Assembly (NCBI RefSeq): GCF_006345805.1
Contig: NC_043009.1
Coordinates: forward strand, 372,001-436,000
Source: Octopus sinensis
Taxonomy: Eukaryota
Direction of reading: 5' to 3'
Length of the DNA: 64,000 nt
The translations under genes and the position numbers were made by a program. Under the pieces are notes generated by a model that saw nothing but the letters and a program-made list of their open reading frames with translations, had not been told where the DNA came from and made no database searches. Below, in pieces: positions 1 through 13,848 of the stretch. The number at the start of each line of letters is the position of its first letter. Within the stretch, counting starts at the first letter, position 1.

Positions 1-70
1 GACACACACACACAAACACACACGCACACACACATACATACACACACATATATATATATATATAATACAC

Positions 71-106
<36 letters not shown>

Positions 107-138
107 ATTTATGTAATGCATATTATTTTTTGTTTCAG

Positions 139-244
139 TGATTGGCTGTGCCATGGCTGACTGCAACATGCAAAAGATGATGGAATGCCAAAGTCAATAC
201 GCTCCGAAGATGCAAGACGGCGGAGATAAAGAGACTATGTGCAA
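139..244 (+). CDS. Gene A, internal coding exon (end of signal peptide plus N-terminal mature domain) of a small 6-Cys secreted/GPI-anchored protein
   Basis: Acceptor tttgtttcag| and donor |gtaaga. 106 nt, phase 1 to 2, reads xIGCAMA-DCNMQKMMECQSQYAPKMQDGGDKETMC(K). Phase-compatible with 4512-4633 and conserved with its splice sites in the inverted copy at 41591-41696. Confidence 0.85.
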
Positions 245-802
245 GTAAGATAAATAAATAAATAAAAAACAAAGAATTTTTTTCATTCTTCCATCGTTCT
301 CTTCTTCTTAATACATTGTCAGGAGATTTAGTTTCGTACTCATGAGGAGCCAGGTTCGATCCACCTAAGTGGTGCCTATGTCAAGTTTTGTTAACCTCTA
401 AATCTAGGATTGACTTAATCCGCGTGGCGAGGACACAGCTCCAGTGTTCAGGAATTTGGAAGAACAAGTAGTCTCCCCTTAATTGCGCCCTATTCTTAGT
501 GACTTTCTGACCCGGAGAGGTACTACTCTACAGTTATAGATCCAGCAACAGATTGATCCTGTGGCCATGGCGTTGCATCAGGTCTACCTGCCAGTGAGTA
601 TTTTTGTATGGGAGTCAGCGATATAATTGGAAAAAAATACATTCAAAGGGAGAGGCGAAGGTCACTCGTGTGTGTGTGTGAGTGTGTGTGTGTGTGAGTG
701 TGCGTGTGTGTGAGTGTGTGTGTGTGTGAGTGTTTTTCTATGCTCCTCCCACCACCGCGTAACAACCACTGTTGGATTATTTATGTCTCTATAACTTTGT
801 TT

Positions 803-1060
803 GTGGAGGTGCGTGGCTTAGTGGTTAGGGTGTCGCCATCATTAGCATAAGAATGTGGTTTCGATTCCTGGACCGGGCGATGCGTTGTGTTCTTGGGTAA
901 AACACTTCATTTCACGTTGCTCCAGTCCACTCAGCTGGCAAAAATGAGTAGCCCTGCGATGGACTGGCGTCCCGTCCAGCTAGGGTACTCATATACCATC
1001 GAAATAGGGAAACTGGGCCCATGAGCATGGCTAGGCTTTAAAAAGTGCGAATTTATTATT
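803..1060 (+). mobile_element. tRNA-derived SINE
   Basis: A box tggcttagtgg, B box ggtttcgattcc, then gatggactggcgtcccgtccag core. Confidence 0.7.
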
Positions 1061-1289
1061 ATTTTATTTTTTTGTAATTTTGTTTGGCAAAACCGCCCGA
1101 TAGAATAAGTACTTAGCTTCAAAAGCGAAAGCGAGTACTGGCATCAATTTGTTCGACATCAAAATAGAGCCCCAGGAGGGCCGTCTGATAACTAAAGCAA
1201 GTAAAAGAAAATATGGAGGAAAGGTTATTTATCGTCCATTTTATGGAAAATTAATAACACTAATTTCAAATAATATACACTTTCACACC

Positions 1290-1515
1290 AGGCGGCGAGC
1301 TAGCAGAACCGTTAGCACGCTGGGCGAAATGCTTTGCGGTATTTCGTCTGCCGCCACGTTCTGAGCTCAAATTCCGCCGAGGTCAACTTTGCCTTTCATC
1401 CTTTCGGAGTCGATTAAATAAGTACCAGTTATACACTGGGGTCAATATAATCGACTTAATTCGTTTGTCTGTCCTTGTTTGTCCCCTGTGTGTTTAGCCC
1501 CTTGTGGGTCGTAAA
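1290..1515 (+). mobile_element. Cephalopod-type tRNA-derived SINE (related copies at 52105-52335 +, 54775-54980 -, 46200-46330 -)
   Basis: ggcggcgagctagcagaa...gagctcaaattccgccgagg...cctttcatcc...aagtaccag, repeated across the window. Confidence 0.7.
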
Positions 1516-2338
1516 GAAATAGGTATTTCATCATTCTTTGCGTTCAAATTGCGCAGTGGTCAGCTTTCCCTCTCATCCTTTCGGCATCGATAAATTAAAT
1601 ACCAGCTACGTTCTGGGGTCGTACTGGACCCCACCCCCACAAAAAATTCGTTCTTTGTTTCTAGTGTAGGGAAAGAATACACACTTTCAGTCAACTTAGA
1701 AAACCATCTTTTATTTATTTAATTTTTTTGTTCTTTACTTTTTTCAGTCATTTCAGTGCAGCATGCTGCAACATGGCCTTGAAGGGTTTTAGTCGAACAA
1801 ATCGACCGCAGGACTTATACTTTGCAAACCTAGTACTAACTCTATCGGTGTCTTTTGCCGAAATGCTAAGTTACGGGAACGTAAACACGTCAGAATCGGT
1901 TTCCAAGCGATATCGGGGAGACAAACACAGACACACAGAAAGACACACGCACAAACACGCACACACATATATATTTATATATATATATATATTTATATAT
2001 ATATGTGTGCGTGTGTGTGTGTGTGTGTGTGTCTGTGTGTGTGGTGTGTGTGTGTGTGTGTGTATACAGTTTCCGTCTACCAAATCCACTCACAAGGCTT
2101 TGGGCGACCCGAGGCTATAGTAGAAGACACTTGCCCAAGTGGCAACGCGGTGGGACTGAACCCGGGACTATGTGGTTGGTAAGCGAGCTACTTTATTTTA
2201 TTTTATTTGCCATCGGTATCTTTTGCCGAACCGCTAAGTCACGGGGACTTAAACACGCCAGAATCGGTTTCCAAGCGATATCAGGGAGACAAACACAGAC
2301 ACACAAAAACACACACACACTCACACACACTCACACAC

Positions 2339-2416
<78 letters not shown>

Positions 2417-2509
2417 TACGGTGGGCTCCTTTCAGTATCCGTCTACCAAATCCACTCACAAGGCTGAACCCCGGACTATGTGGTTGGTAAGCGAGCTACT
2501 TTATTTCAT

Positions 2510-3790
2510 TTTATTTGCCATAATGGCAGTATACAGTGTAGCTGCGGGCTGGACAAGACATTAATGAGGCGAATGGTAACAATACAAGATGATAAAGATG
2601 AGAGAAGACACAAAGCGCCCGCCGACACCCTGCTTCTCGAAAACATTGTTCGTTAAAAACATCTAAAAAGGAAATAAACCTCTTACAAATATATACAAAA
2701 ACTTGGACTAGAAGTCTATCACAAAGGAAACAAATTTTATACGTATATAGGCGATAAACCACTTACATTACTCCCTCAATTAACTCTTCTGTGGCCTACA
2801 GGTATTCCCGCAACCACCAATCTGAGCCAAAATAAAGTAATCTGTATTCCTCCTTTGGCAAGGATATTGAAACCGGAAAAAAATGTTTTCTTTCCAGTAC
2901 CAGTGCAGCCACCTGTGAAGGCCACATATCCGGCATATCCGGAGGTCCCTCCTCCCCTCCCGCCACCTAAGGGTCATCAGTGGGAACTAGTGTTGCCCAC
3001 CTTCTTCCTCTTAGTACCTTTTCTCGAGGAGGTTACCGCTTCCTCAAATTTCTCACTCCAATGAAGGAGCAGGAGTCTCCGTTGGGGGAACAGTGGGTTC
3101 ACAGTCATCAATCAACTGTTCCAGGACATCCGCCTGGTCCCGGCAACACTTGTTCTACTTCATGTGCCCTGATTCCAGGCACAGGTGACATTTGGAGGGG
3201 CGTCCCTCAATGATCACCGGGTGTCTGGAACCAGCCATTGTCAAGAAATCTGGTAAAACCAGATCTTCGGCAGATCGGGCCCTTTGGGTGAAAATTGCTT
3301 TAGCCCGACCCAAGCGACCGCTGGCAATATTTTTACATTCAAGAGCCTGGCAGGGCCACCACCCAGGCCTCGACGGATATAATCTTCTATCCATTTAGCC
3401 TCTATACTGGGCGGCAGCCCACACACCCAGGCTCTTGTCAATTTACGCCCACCATAAGTGGGGAGAAGCAAAATCTTCTTCTCATCTATAAGTTGGCTCG
3501 CAAATTTCTGAGCCTCCGTAGGGGTGTCGAAAAGCACGCACACCGTTGCGTACTTTGCACCCCTACGGATGAACCTATAAGTTGGCTCAAATCCCGCCAA
3601 CTCTTCTTCAATTTCACTCTGAGGGAATACACAGATGGTGTCGCGGTCCTTGCAATAGGGACGCAACAACACAGTTCTCTCATCATAGTTTTTTAACCAC
3701 TCCTTGGGGGCAACAGTTCGCAACTCCAAGGCTTTCTTACATTTGGTTATCATCAATAAAATAAATTAAAATATAGATGTTCATAACAAA
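2510..3790 (-). mobile_element. Frameshifted partner copy of the ORF1-like element in gene A intron
   Basis: ORFs 3241-3756 and 3155-3394 (KCHLCLESGHMK). A non-coding tail follows, ending near AATAAA at ~2510-2520. Confidence 0.65.
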
Positions 3791-4511
3791 TAAAAGTCTC
3801 TAATGCAAACACAAAAAAAAGCAGAAAAAGCGAATAGAGGAAAAGAACGAAGGATGACAGTTCAAAGGAGAACAAAATTCAACTCTGGTAATCCTTTGTT
3901 GCACAGTTAAAAATCCCTTGCAGCCGGAAAAATAGCAGCAAAAAATTCCTGGTTGTACTCCAATTGGTAACATCCACGAAGTGCACACAGTCACATAAAA
4001 TCATAAATTTCCGGAGGGGATACGCCCCCTCAAAAAAAGCCAATTCTCACTACACGGTGAGTTACTTTGCACGGCCACAGGCAGCCAAATAACCCAGTGG
4101 AGACCCTTGCTCGTCAAAAATTATTAATTACGAACCAACGGACTCCAATAAGCTTCCCCCAAAAAACAAACGCCTTACCTGTAGTCGTGCTTCAGTTTTT
4201 CAATATTTCTACGTGGAACGACGTGACTTCGGAGCGTATAAAAACGCGAACTCTTCTGTTGTGAAGTAAGCAAGCTACTTACCACACAGCCATTCCTATG
4301 TAGTTAGACACGGGCTTCTTTCAGTTTCCGTCTATCAAATCCACTCACAAGGCTTTGCTTGACCCGAAGCCATAGTAGAGGACACCTCCTGAAGATTCCA
4401 CGCAGGGGGACTGAGTCTGGAACCATGTTGTTGGGAAGCAAGCTTCTTATCGCACAGCTACGCCTGCACCTATGTAAATATTCAATGTTTTCTTTCTTTC
4501 CATCTTTATAG

Positions 4512-4633
4512 AGCAGCTTCAGACTTGATGAACTGTATGGAATCGGCCGCTAGCGGTTGCGGTGATGAAGTGGAGAAAATATTCGACCAAGCTCGTCAAT
4601 CCATTAAAAAATTAGGATGTCCAGAGTCATCAA
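4512..4633 (+). CDS. Gene A, next coding exon
   Basis: Polypyrimidine acceptor ttctttccatctttatag| and donor |gtaagt. 122 nt, phase 2 to 1, reads (K)AASDLMNCMESAASGCGDEVEKIFDQARQSIKKLGCPESS(N). Confidence 0.87.
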
Positions 4634-5351
4634 GTAAGTATCACCCCCCCACGCACAAAAACACACACACACACATCCAAAACTTCTTAACTGGATGCAA
4701 AATACCTTCATTAAGTTTGTCGTAAACGTCTATGTTTGTTTTCAGTTAACCTTTGCTTCATAAGTTCTGAGTTTAGTTAAACTTTGCTTCATACGCTCTG
4801 AGTATTTCCTTTCAAAAGTCCCAAGCAACTTTGGAGGTTGAAACACACATTGGGAATGTGCATCAGATGACGCATGAGCGCCAGGGAAATAGGTTCTGTT
4901 TGCCCAAAGCATTATCATAAGTTTGTCCTAAACGCCTATGCATGTTTTCAGATTTTTAGTTAACCCCTGACAAGAAAAGCTATGTCAGAGACCGCGGCTC
5001 TGGTATTCAAACTGATGCAAAAATTTGAATGGGCTTTTGCCATACGCAGTAGGGAGTGTAATGGTTAGAAAAGAGCGGGATAATTAACTACAAGTTTCGG
5101 TTTATTTAAATCTCATCGGCTGAATATATTTTTGCTAGCATATCTAGACCAAATATGTAGGTTTTAAAGGAAAAGTGTTAACTGCTTATTGGTAGTTGTA
5201 TATATATATATATATGTGTGTGTGTGTATGTATATATACGTACGTACATAATATATATACATATGTATATATGTATATAAATATATACAGACATATACGT
5301 ACATATATGCATACATATATATATAGTATATATATATATATATATATATAT

Positions 5352-5390
<39 letters not shown>

Positions 5391-5657
5391 TTATATATAT
5401 ATGTATATATCTATGTATGTATGTATCTATCTATCTACATATGTGGGCAATTCTGTCTGCGGGTGTGTTTGCGGTGTTGTTAGCTAACTCCTCGTGATCC
5501 CTATCGATTTTGATGAATCTTAATACGTGAATAGAACTCATGACAGGAACCCTTTAACAGCCTACACTTATGGAACAGAATCATGGGATAAGTCCAGTTT
5601 TTCCCGGAATTACCGGATACGTCAGTTAGTATATGTATGTATGGAAGTGATCCTTAT

Positions 5658-6248
5658 ATCTACTACATATAATTATTTTTATTCTAACGCTCAAGGGAAA
5701 TAACCCATAGTACAATTACTTATAATTGTCAGTTTTTAACGAAGCGATCAATATTTGATTCTCACGATCAACGGACCTAATTCTGTATTTCCCTACTCAC
5801 ACTTTTGAACTGCTAAACATTATTATTGCACTTTCTTGATTTCAATCTTAAACCTTAAAGATTCAAATCAACAAAGTATAGGGTCAGACATTGGAAGTGG
5901 TAGGCCTTAATCTTGCAGAACCTAATTTTTCTCACGGACAGCTCTATGTTGGATGCTCTAGAATTGGAAATCGGGAAGTTTTATTGATCTCTACGCCCAA
6001 CGGCAAAACCAAAAACATTGTCTATCACCAAGCCCTGCAAGACGGATATTTTGTAACAAAGATGCCTCTCCCTCCGACAACCTCTCTCTCCAACCTCGAA
6101 CAATCTCTCTCGACAACCCCTGACAACCTCTCTCGCCAACTACCGACAGTTTCTGTCGCCAATCTCCGACAACTTCTCTCGCCATCCTCAGACAATCTCT
6201 CGCGCAAACCTCCGTCAATCTTTCTCACCAACCTTCGACAATCTCTCC
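5658..6248 (+). mobile_element. Non-autonomous Helitron derivative, 3' end missing (mirrored at 38136-38705, -)
   Basis: TCTACTACATATAA 5' end, helicase C-terminal remnant FSHGQLYVGCSRIG...TKNIVY, short subterminal tandem repeats. Confidence 0.75.
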
Positions 6249-6560
<312 letters not shown>

Positions 6561-9500
6561 GAGTTGAGCGCCAGCCTTGACAGCGGCTGGACGTGTTCCT
6601 CACTGCTCTGACAGTTCGGTGGCCGAAAGCCATAGAAACACTAATATGGGCCAGTTTAGCAACGGGGAAAAATAACTCTCAAAGACTGGAACATCTACAA
6701 TACCTCGTGAGTATTTGAAATTCTCTTCAAAGTGGGTTAAGAAATTTACAAATTTACATATCTGCAGCTTTCAAACGTACATCCGATCGGCTTTAAAAAC
6801 TTTAATACCCACAACTGCCTCTGTAAACATCCTTTTTTTTTTCTTCTTCTTCTCTCTAAAAACATCACGCTTTTCTTTTTGTGGACTTGCAAAACCCTAT
6901 AACTTTCTATGAAAATCTGACTTTTCTTTGCTTCCTCCCAGAATATTCAAATATAAATGTAAACATATACTTTTTATTGCAAAAACACACCTGTTCTTCT
7001 AACTGGACATACAAACATCTCTAGAGGGGTCAACTTCAACCTCCACAATATTACACGAAATATACAAACACTTTTTATTGCAATAACACAAACGCACATG
7101 GAAAAAATGATGATGCTAAGATTCTCTCTGGTCGAACACAGCTTCTCTATTCACAAATAATACAGAACAGCCCTTCAAAATAAGTTAAGAAAATTTACAA
7201 ATTTACATATCTACAGTTTTCAATCATACATTCGACCAGCTTTAAAAACTTTGTTACCCACAATTGCCTCTGTAAACATCCTTTTTTTTTTTTTTTCTTC
7301 TCTCTAAAAACATCACGCTTTTCTTTTTGTGGACTTGCAAAACCCTAAAACTTTCTATGAAAATCTGACTTTTCTTTGCTTCCTCCCTGAATATTCAAAT
7401 ATAAATGTAAACATATACTTTTTATTGTAAAAACACACCTGTTCTTCTAACTGGACATACAAACATCTCTAGAAAAGTCAACTTCAACCTCCACAATATT
7501 ACCTTACACGAAATATACACTTTTTATTGCAATAACACAAACGCACATGGAAAAAAAAAATGATGATGCTAAGATTCTCTCTGGTCGAACACAACTTCTC
7601 TATTCACAAACAATACAGAACAGCCCTTCCTTAATTTTTCTTAAGCCTAATAGTAGTAAACATCTGAACTTTTTTTGACTGATAGGACCCCACCTAAAAA
7701 AAAAAAAAAATATCACTGATGGTGATGATGATAATAATGATAGTAATAGTGCTGATAATCTATCTATCTATCTACACACACACACACACTCAAAGAGTTC
7801 AACCAACACAAACCTCACCTCCGTTCTATTGTTAACCAAATATGAAAGTATTATTTGACAGGCAAAAACTCTGGCGTTGAAGACAGTCAGCCAGCCAACC
7901 ACCAAGCCAGCCAACGAGACAGACAGACACTACTGTGATGGTGATAATGATAAAAAAACAAAAATAACAATAATAAGATACTGCTGTGACTACAAATAAA
8001 ACAATATCATTGATGATGATGGTGGTGATGGTGATGGTGATGATGATAACGATGATGGTAATGGTGGTGATAATGATGATAGTGATAGTAATGGTGATGA
8101 TAACAATAATAAGCCGACTACGGCTGCTATAATGGTACGATTATAATTGTAACGGCAATGATGGCCGTCTCCCCACGAGCCAATCAAAGCTAAAAAATGA
8201 TAACATTATCGTAGCACCAAAATGTTTTTGGAAACTAAAACGAAAACTAAATCAGTATACCAAATCGCTTGTCCTATGGTTAATCTGGAAGCGCGTCCCC
8301 CAGGGAAGAGTCAGCCTGGGATCGAAAAGTCATCAACTGGCACAAACTCTTCTCCGAATACGGACATGGATGGTCACTTGAACGGGAAATCCCCCAACTC
8401 GAGCCCTCCAAGTTCACCACCACAACCACCACAGAAAGAAAAATGTAAGCGGAACAAATGGACCCGAGAAGAGTATAAAGAAGTAATATACGCTTATTAC
8501 TATGCATTAGGTAGGCCATCTCAAGAGAGACACACGCAAACTCTTACAGTATATGGAGAACACGGAATCAAGACAGTAGGCCCTATTTGGACGAGAACAA
8601 TTAGCAAATGTGAGGAGGGATATCCTTAGAAATAACAGACTCACAGACAGTGAAATAAGCGCGATCAAGCACGCAACGGAAAATGACATAAATATAAGAC
8701 ACAAAGGAAATGAAGAATCAGATGAACAGTATAGCCCGCCACGAGGCTTAATTGAAAGACTGCCATCTGACCAAAGTACGCAAAGGCCTGAAGATACAAG
8801 AAATTCTATTGTACCTGTTAAAGATAGCCAGGAAAACGAAAAAACAACAGTAACTGAAGATCTCGCATTTGCTGAAGAACACAGAGAGTCTATGGCAGAA
8901 ATGAGGCAGAAAATCCTGAATACGCTTGAAGTTGTAAGACATACAAGTATGAATGATAGAGAACCACTTCATAAACTCTCAAATACAAACCAAAATAAAA
9001 AAAACAAATCCAAATTGGCAACTATGTAACAAATGAAATAATACGAGAATTAAAACCTGATTTTACTGAGTTAAATGAAATTATTTACGCTTCTGCTAGG
9101 GCAATTGAAACCAGCTGTATGCCCCCGAAAAAACAAAGAAAACAAAACCTGAGAAGAAATCAAACCTGGAGAAGTAAAATTGAAAAAGAGATCGAATTTA
9201 TGAGAGGGGAAATATCAATATTAAATGAACTAATATGTGGAAATGATGTAAGATCCAGAACAGGAAGAAATATGAAGAGAAAATTTGGACCCTCACCAAG
9301 AGAAGAACTGATATCAATAAAAGAAACGCTGAAACAAAAGGTCCAAGCAAAAGCCCAAAGAATACGAAGATTTGAGAAGAGAAACAAGTTTTACAAGCAA
9401 AATAAGCTGTTCACATCCAATGCCAAAAAATTCTACAGAGAAATAGGGAAGGAGAAAGTAACCCTCCCATGGAAGAAGTTCAAAACTTTTGGAAAAGGAT

Positions 9501-11793
9501 TTGGAGTGACGAGAAGACGAGAAGACGAGAAGACGTACAACATAAATGCAGACTGGATTATACAAACTGAAGGATCCTACCAAAATTTACAACAACAAGC
9601 ATGGGAAGACATCACAATAGCAGACCTAAGAAAGGCACTCACGAAGGCCCATAATTGGAAATCCCCCGGTAAATATAGGGTGCCGAATTTCTGGCTCGCA
9701 TCACTCCCATGCGCACACGGTAAGCTAGTTCAGCTGCTCAATGGAATTATGAGAGACCCAAAGAAAACACCAGAATGGTTAGCAAGTGGCATTACTTACC
9801 TACTCCCAAAGAATAACGAAACCAACCTTCCAAAAAACTATCGGCCTATAACCTGTCTATCCACCACATATAAAATCCTAACATCTATCCTGGCGGAGAA
9901 AACATATGCATTCATGGAGAAGAACGATATTTTCCCCATTGAACAAAAAGGGTGCCGCTGAGGCTCTTACGGATGCAAAGATCAACTGCTAATCAATCGT
10001 ATGATCCTTGAGAACTGTCACAACAAGCGCAGAAATCTCAGCACCGCATGGATTGATTATAAAAAGGCCTTCGACAGTATACCGCATCCATGGATCTTGA
10101 GATTGCTGGACATCTTCAAAATTTCCCCTGTGATTTCAAACTCCCTGAAGCACAATATGTCGTTGTGGAATACGAATCTCCAATTATACCACTCTAATGG
10201 AGTACTTGCCTCAGAAAATATAAACATCAACTGTGGAATTTTTCAAGGTGACTCACTTTCACCTTTAATATTCTGCATAGCCCTAATACCCCTTACAAGT
10301 GAATTAAACAGAACAGGGTATGGATACAAAATTGCCAATAACAAAATAAGCCATCTATTTTATATGGATGACTTAAAACTTTATGGTAAAGACAATAATG
10401 AACTTGAAGGCCTATTGCGCACCGTGAAAGCATTCAGCGATGACATCGGGATGGAGTTTGGACTTGAGAAGTGTGCCAAGGCCACTTTCCAGAAAGGGAA
10501 AGTGAAGACCACAAATTCAGTCGTGTTAGATGTTGACACAGTCATAAGAGAGCTTGAGCAAGAACAAACATACAAATATTTAGGGATAAATGAAGGCTCT
10601 GGTATTCAGCATGCAAGCATGAAAGAGAAGATCAGGAAGGAATGTTATAGGAGAGTTCGTGCAGTCCTGAAATCTGAACTAAATGCACGTAACAAGGTGT
10701 TAGCTATAAATTCCTTAGCAGTTCCAGTTGTTACTTATAGCTACAATGTGTTGAACTGGAATATGAGTGAAATAAAGAATCTAGATAGGAAAATACGCAA
10801 GCTGCTGAGTTGTAATAGGATGCACCACCCAAAGGCAGACGTAGATCGCCTTTACCTCCCAGAGCCCAAGGAGGTCGAGGCCTGATCCAATTTGAACTAG
10901 CTTACAAAACAACCACCATTGGACTGGCCAAATATCTCGAAATATCGAATGACTGGATGCTAAAGCTCGTGGAAAATCACGAGAGGCGAAAGAAGCTTCA
11001 TTCTATCATAAAGGAAAGCAAAAATTTGCTATTGATCTCGTGCAGGATACCCAAACTGAACAACCCGAGGAAGTACGGCAACTATTGTTGCAAAGAAGGT
11101 GAAAATGATGGCAACGAAAACAGCGCACGAGCAATTGGCTGATAGGTGGGAGGAGAAACCTCTGCACGGCAAATATGTGACCCGCAGCAAACAAGCTGAT
11201 GTTGACCAGAAGCAAACCCATCAGTGGCTATGGAGCTCAGGGCTAAAAGCAGAGAGCGAAGGTTTCATCCTGGCTGCTCAAGATCAAAGCCTATTAACCC
11301 GGAACTACCAGGCCAATGTGATGAAAAATGGAGCAGACCCAAAATGCCGATTCTGCAGCGACATGATTGAAACAGTGGACCACCTAATCTCTGGATGTAA
11401 AGTCTTAGTACCAGTGGAGTATAAATTAAGGCATGACAGAGTTGGCCAATATCTACACTGGCTAATAAGTCGGCATTACAATATCAAAACTGCCGACAAG
11501 TGGTATAATCACCACCCTGAGGCTGTAACTGAAGGAGAAAATGTAACCATTCTGTGGGACTTTCCAGTACATACAGACCGAACCATCAAGGCCAATAAAC
11601 CAGATATTGTTGTGAAAGACCAAAACAATAAAGTTTGCTTATTGATTTAACTTAAAAAAAAAAAAAAAATGAACGAACTATTGAGTTTGGTGTAATGGCC
11701 TACCAATGTATACTATGAGTTTCTTTGCCCTAGGAGTCGGGAAGACACTCGGCAAGAAATGGAAGCAAATTTGAAAGAAGAAAAAAAAAAAAA
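6561..11793 (+). mobile_element. R4/Dong-type RLE non-LTR retrotransposon, family 1, near full length, degraded
   Basis: Single long ORF broken by frameshifts (8222-11650). RT motifs: QGDSLSPL, YMDDLKL. RLE domain: CRFC...ETVDHLISGC...HD...NKPDIVV. Flanked by (TAA)n on both sides; ~0.3-kb deletion at the ORF 3' end. Confidence 0.9.
6737..7629 (+). repeat. Two-unit tandem duplication, ~447 bp
   Basis: 6737-7176 and 7184-7629 start gttaagaaa(a)tttacaaatttacatatct and end tacagaacagcccttc. Confidence 0.85.
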
Positions 11794-11825
11794 ATAATAA
11801 TAATAATAATAATAATAATATAATA

Positions 11826-11867
<42 letters not shown>

Positions 11868-11928
11868 TAATAATAATAATAATAAAACAACCATATAATA
11901 CTAACATTGTATTTCTCTATATTTTCAG

Positions 11929-12011
11929 ACGTACCCAAACTGTATGCTCATAGCAGTGTCATCTCTGGTGCTTTCATTGCAGCAGTCGCCTTCAAGAAGT
12001 TACTTCTTTAA
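11929..12011 (+). CDS. Gene A, terminal coding exon (GPI-signal-like hydrophobic tail)
   Basis: Acceptor tttctctatattttcag|, phase 1, reads (N)VPKLYAHSSVISGAFIAAVAFKKLLL*. Followed by an AT-rich 3'UTR with AATAAA. Confidence 0.85.
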
Positions 12012-12171
12012 AATTTTTATTATGATATTCATAAAATTGATAAATATATGTTGATTTAAAAGTTGTAAACTTGCTTTCTAAATGAATGTACGAGTTCAAA
12101 GAGTACAAATTCTTGTTGTCTTAATTGTATACTGATATGCAAATTATAATTTGAGCTGCCCTAAACTTTGA

Positions 12172-12177
12172 AATAAA
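12172..12177 (+). terminator. Polyadenylation signal of gene A
   Basis: AATAAA 160 nt after the stop codon; mirrored in copy B. Confidence 0.6.
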
Positions 12178-12585
12178 GTAAAATTTATTACAATAATACT
12201 TAGTTTCGTTTCATTAGGTTCCGTGGATCTCAATGTTTTACGACATAAAGACAGAGAGATATACATATAAATACATGCTTACATGCACTAATCTTGAGAA
12301 ATCATGGTTCTGAAAATCAGAAAGGAGAAACCTAATTAGAAGTCTACAGTTATATGTAAAATTCCCAAAGTACATATGCACATATCTAGACACGCGAATA
12401 TACGTATGAGCATACATTCAGAAAACAAACCACACGCCTTTACATGAATTCACTTCAAATATTTGCACATATTCACGCATACATGCAAAAACTGTGTTCT
12501 CGGTATTGTTGAAATTCTAAAGAAGCCTTGTATCTTGATTAAAAATCGGGTCTTTCTCCACTGGCAAGAAATCCAGACATAAAAC

Positions 12586-12637
<52 letters not shown>

Positions 12638-12652
12638 TATATATACACACAC

Positions 12653-12736
<84 letters not shown>

Positions 12737-13193
12737 AAAAAAGTCAAGATAGAAAATGCTAACATAATTTTATACAAAACATTTCAGTACCGGTTCAGTC
12801 ATTGAGACTTTTTCAGCTGTAACAATTAAATAATTAAATTTAGAAAAATTAAAGAAAAGTTTTTTAAAAGAATATTTGTATAGTGTTCAAATACAAGTGG
12901 CATTTTCCTTGTTTCTGCCTGTCTCTGTCTCTCTTGTATACTCTTGTGAGTTGGAAGTTCTTGTGAATTCTTGGTAAGGAAGAAGAAGAAGAAAATGAAG
13001 GAGGAGGAGGAGGAGGAGGGGAGGAGAAGGGGAAGATGAATAATAATTTGGGAGTGCCTTGATAGTAGGATTTTGAATGGCCAGTGGATGGTAGCAGTCC
13101 CTGTTGAATTCATGAAATTATTTCTTCAGAATGTTTTGTTTATAGAATTTGCGTAGGTGTTATTCTAAAAAGCGCATATATATATGCATTATA

Positions 13194-13271
<78 letters not shown>

Positions 13272-13848
13272 GTGTGTGTGTGTGTGTGGTGTGTGTGTGT
13301 GTATGTATGATATATATATATATATGTGTGTGTGTGTATAGATATATATGTATGTATATAATGCAACTGAAGATCTTGTCGAAATTTCTAACTTTTTTTT
13401 TTCTAAAAACTGAAACTTGAAACGGCATTTACAAAAATATGAGTCTCGAAATAACAGCCACATCTCCAACAAACTCCATTGACACAGCCACATACCTCTG
13501 TATGTGATGCATATACAACACAAATTTGTTGAAAATATGAAAGTAATTTCATGTTACATACCGTTGGAATTTATAGGGAATAAAGCTCGCAGTTATCTTT
13601 TCCGTGATCCTTCTCTCTCGGTGTCGGAAAATGAAACAATTTTAGTGTGCATGCACGATATCTGAAAGGAAAATCAGTTGTCCCCACAAAAATATGAACA
13701 CTTTATTCCAACTTTCCCTACCACACAGTATTATTTATAGATAATGAAATTATTGTATACAATGCTCAGGTACACCACAACTTGTCAAAAGTGCGTATAA
13801 AGAATATGCAGTAACGTCCAAATGTCTGGGAAAGGAACAGTGTATGTG

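Noticed and set aside
139-244. Similarity of DCNMQKMMECQSQ to Aplysia attractin
   Set aside because: Only the first helix resembles it; the cysteine spacing, length and GPI-like tail differ.
803-880. tRNA genes
   Set aside because: The A/B boxes belong to SINE heads; there is no full cloverleaf.
5164-5483. The many YIYI, HTHT, poly-I/N/Y/L ORFs in the track
   Set aside because: They are translations of (TA)n, (CA)n and (TAA)n microsatellites, not genes.
6040-6248. CRISPR-like repeat array
   Set aside because: Short degenerate subterminal repeats of a Helitron derivative in eukaryotic DNA; no constant repeat with unique spacers.
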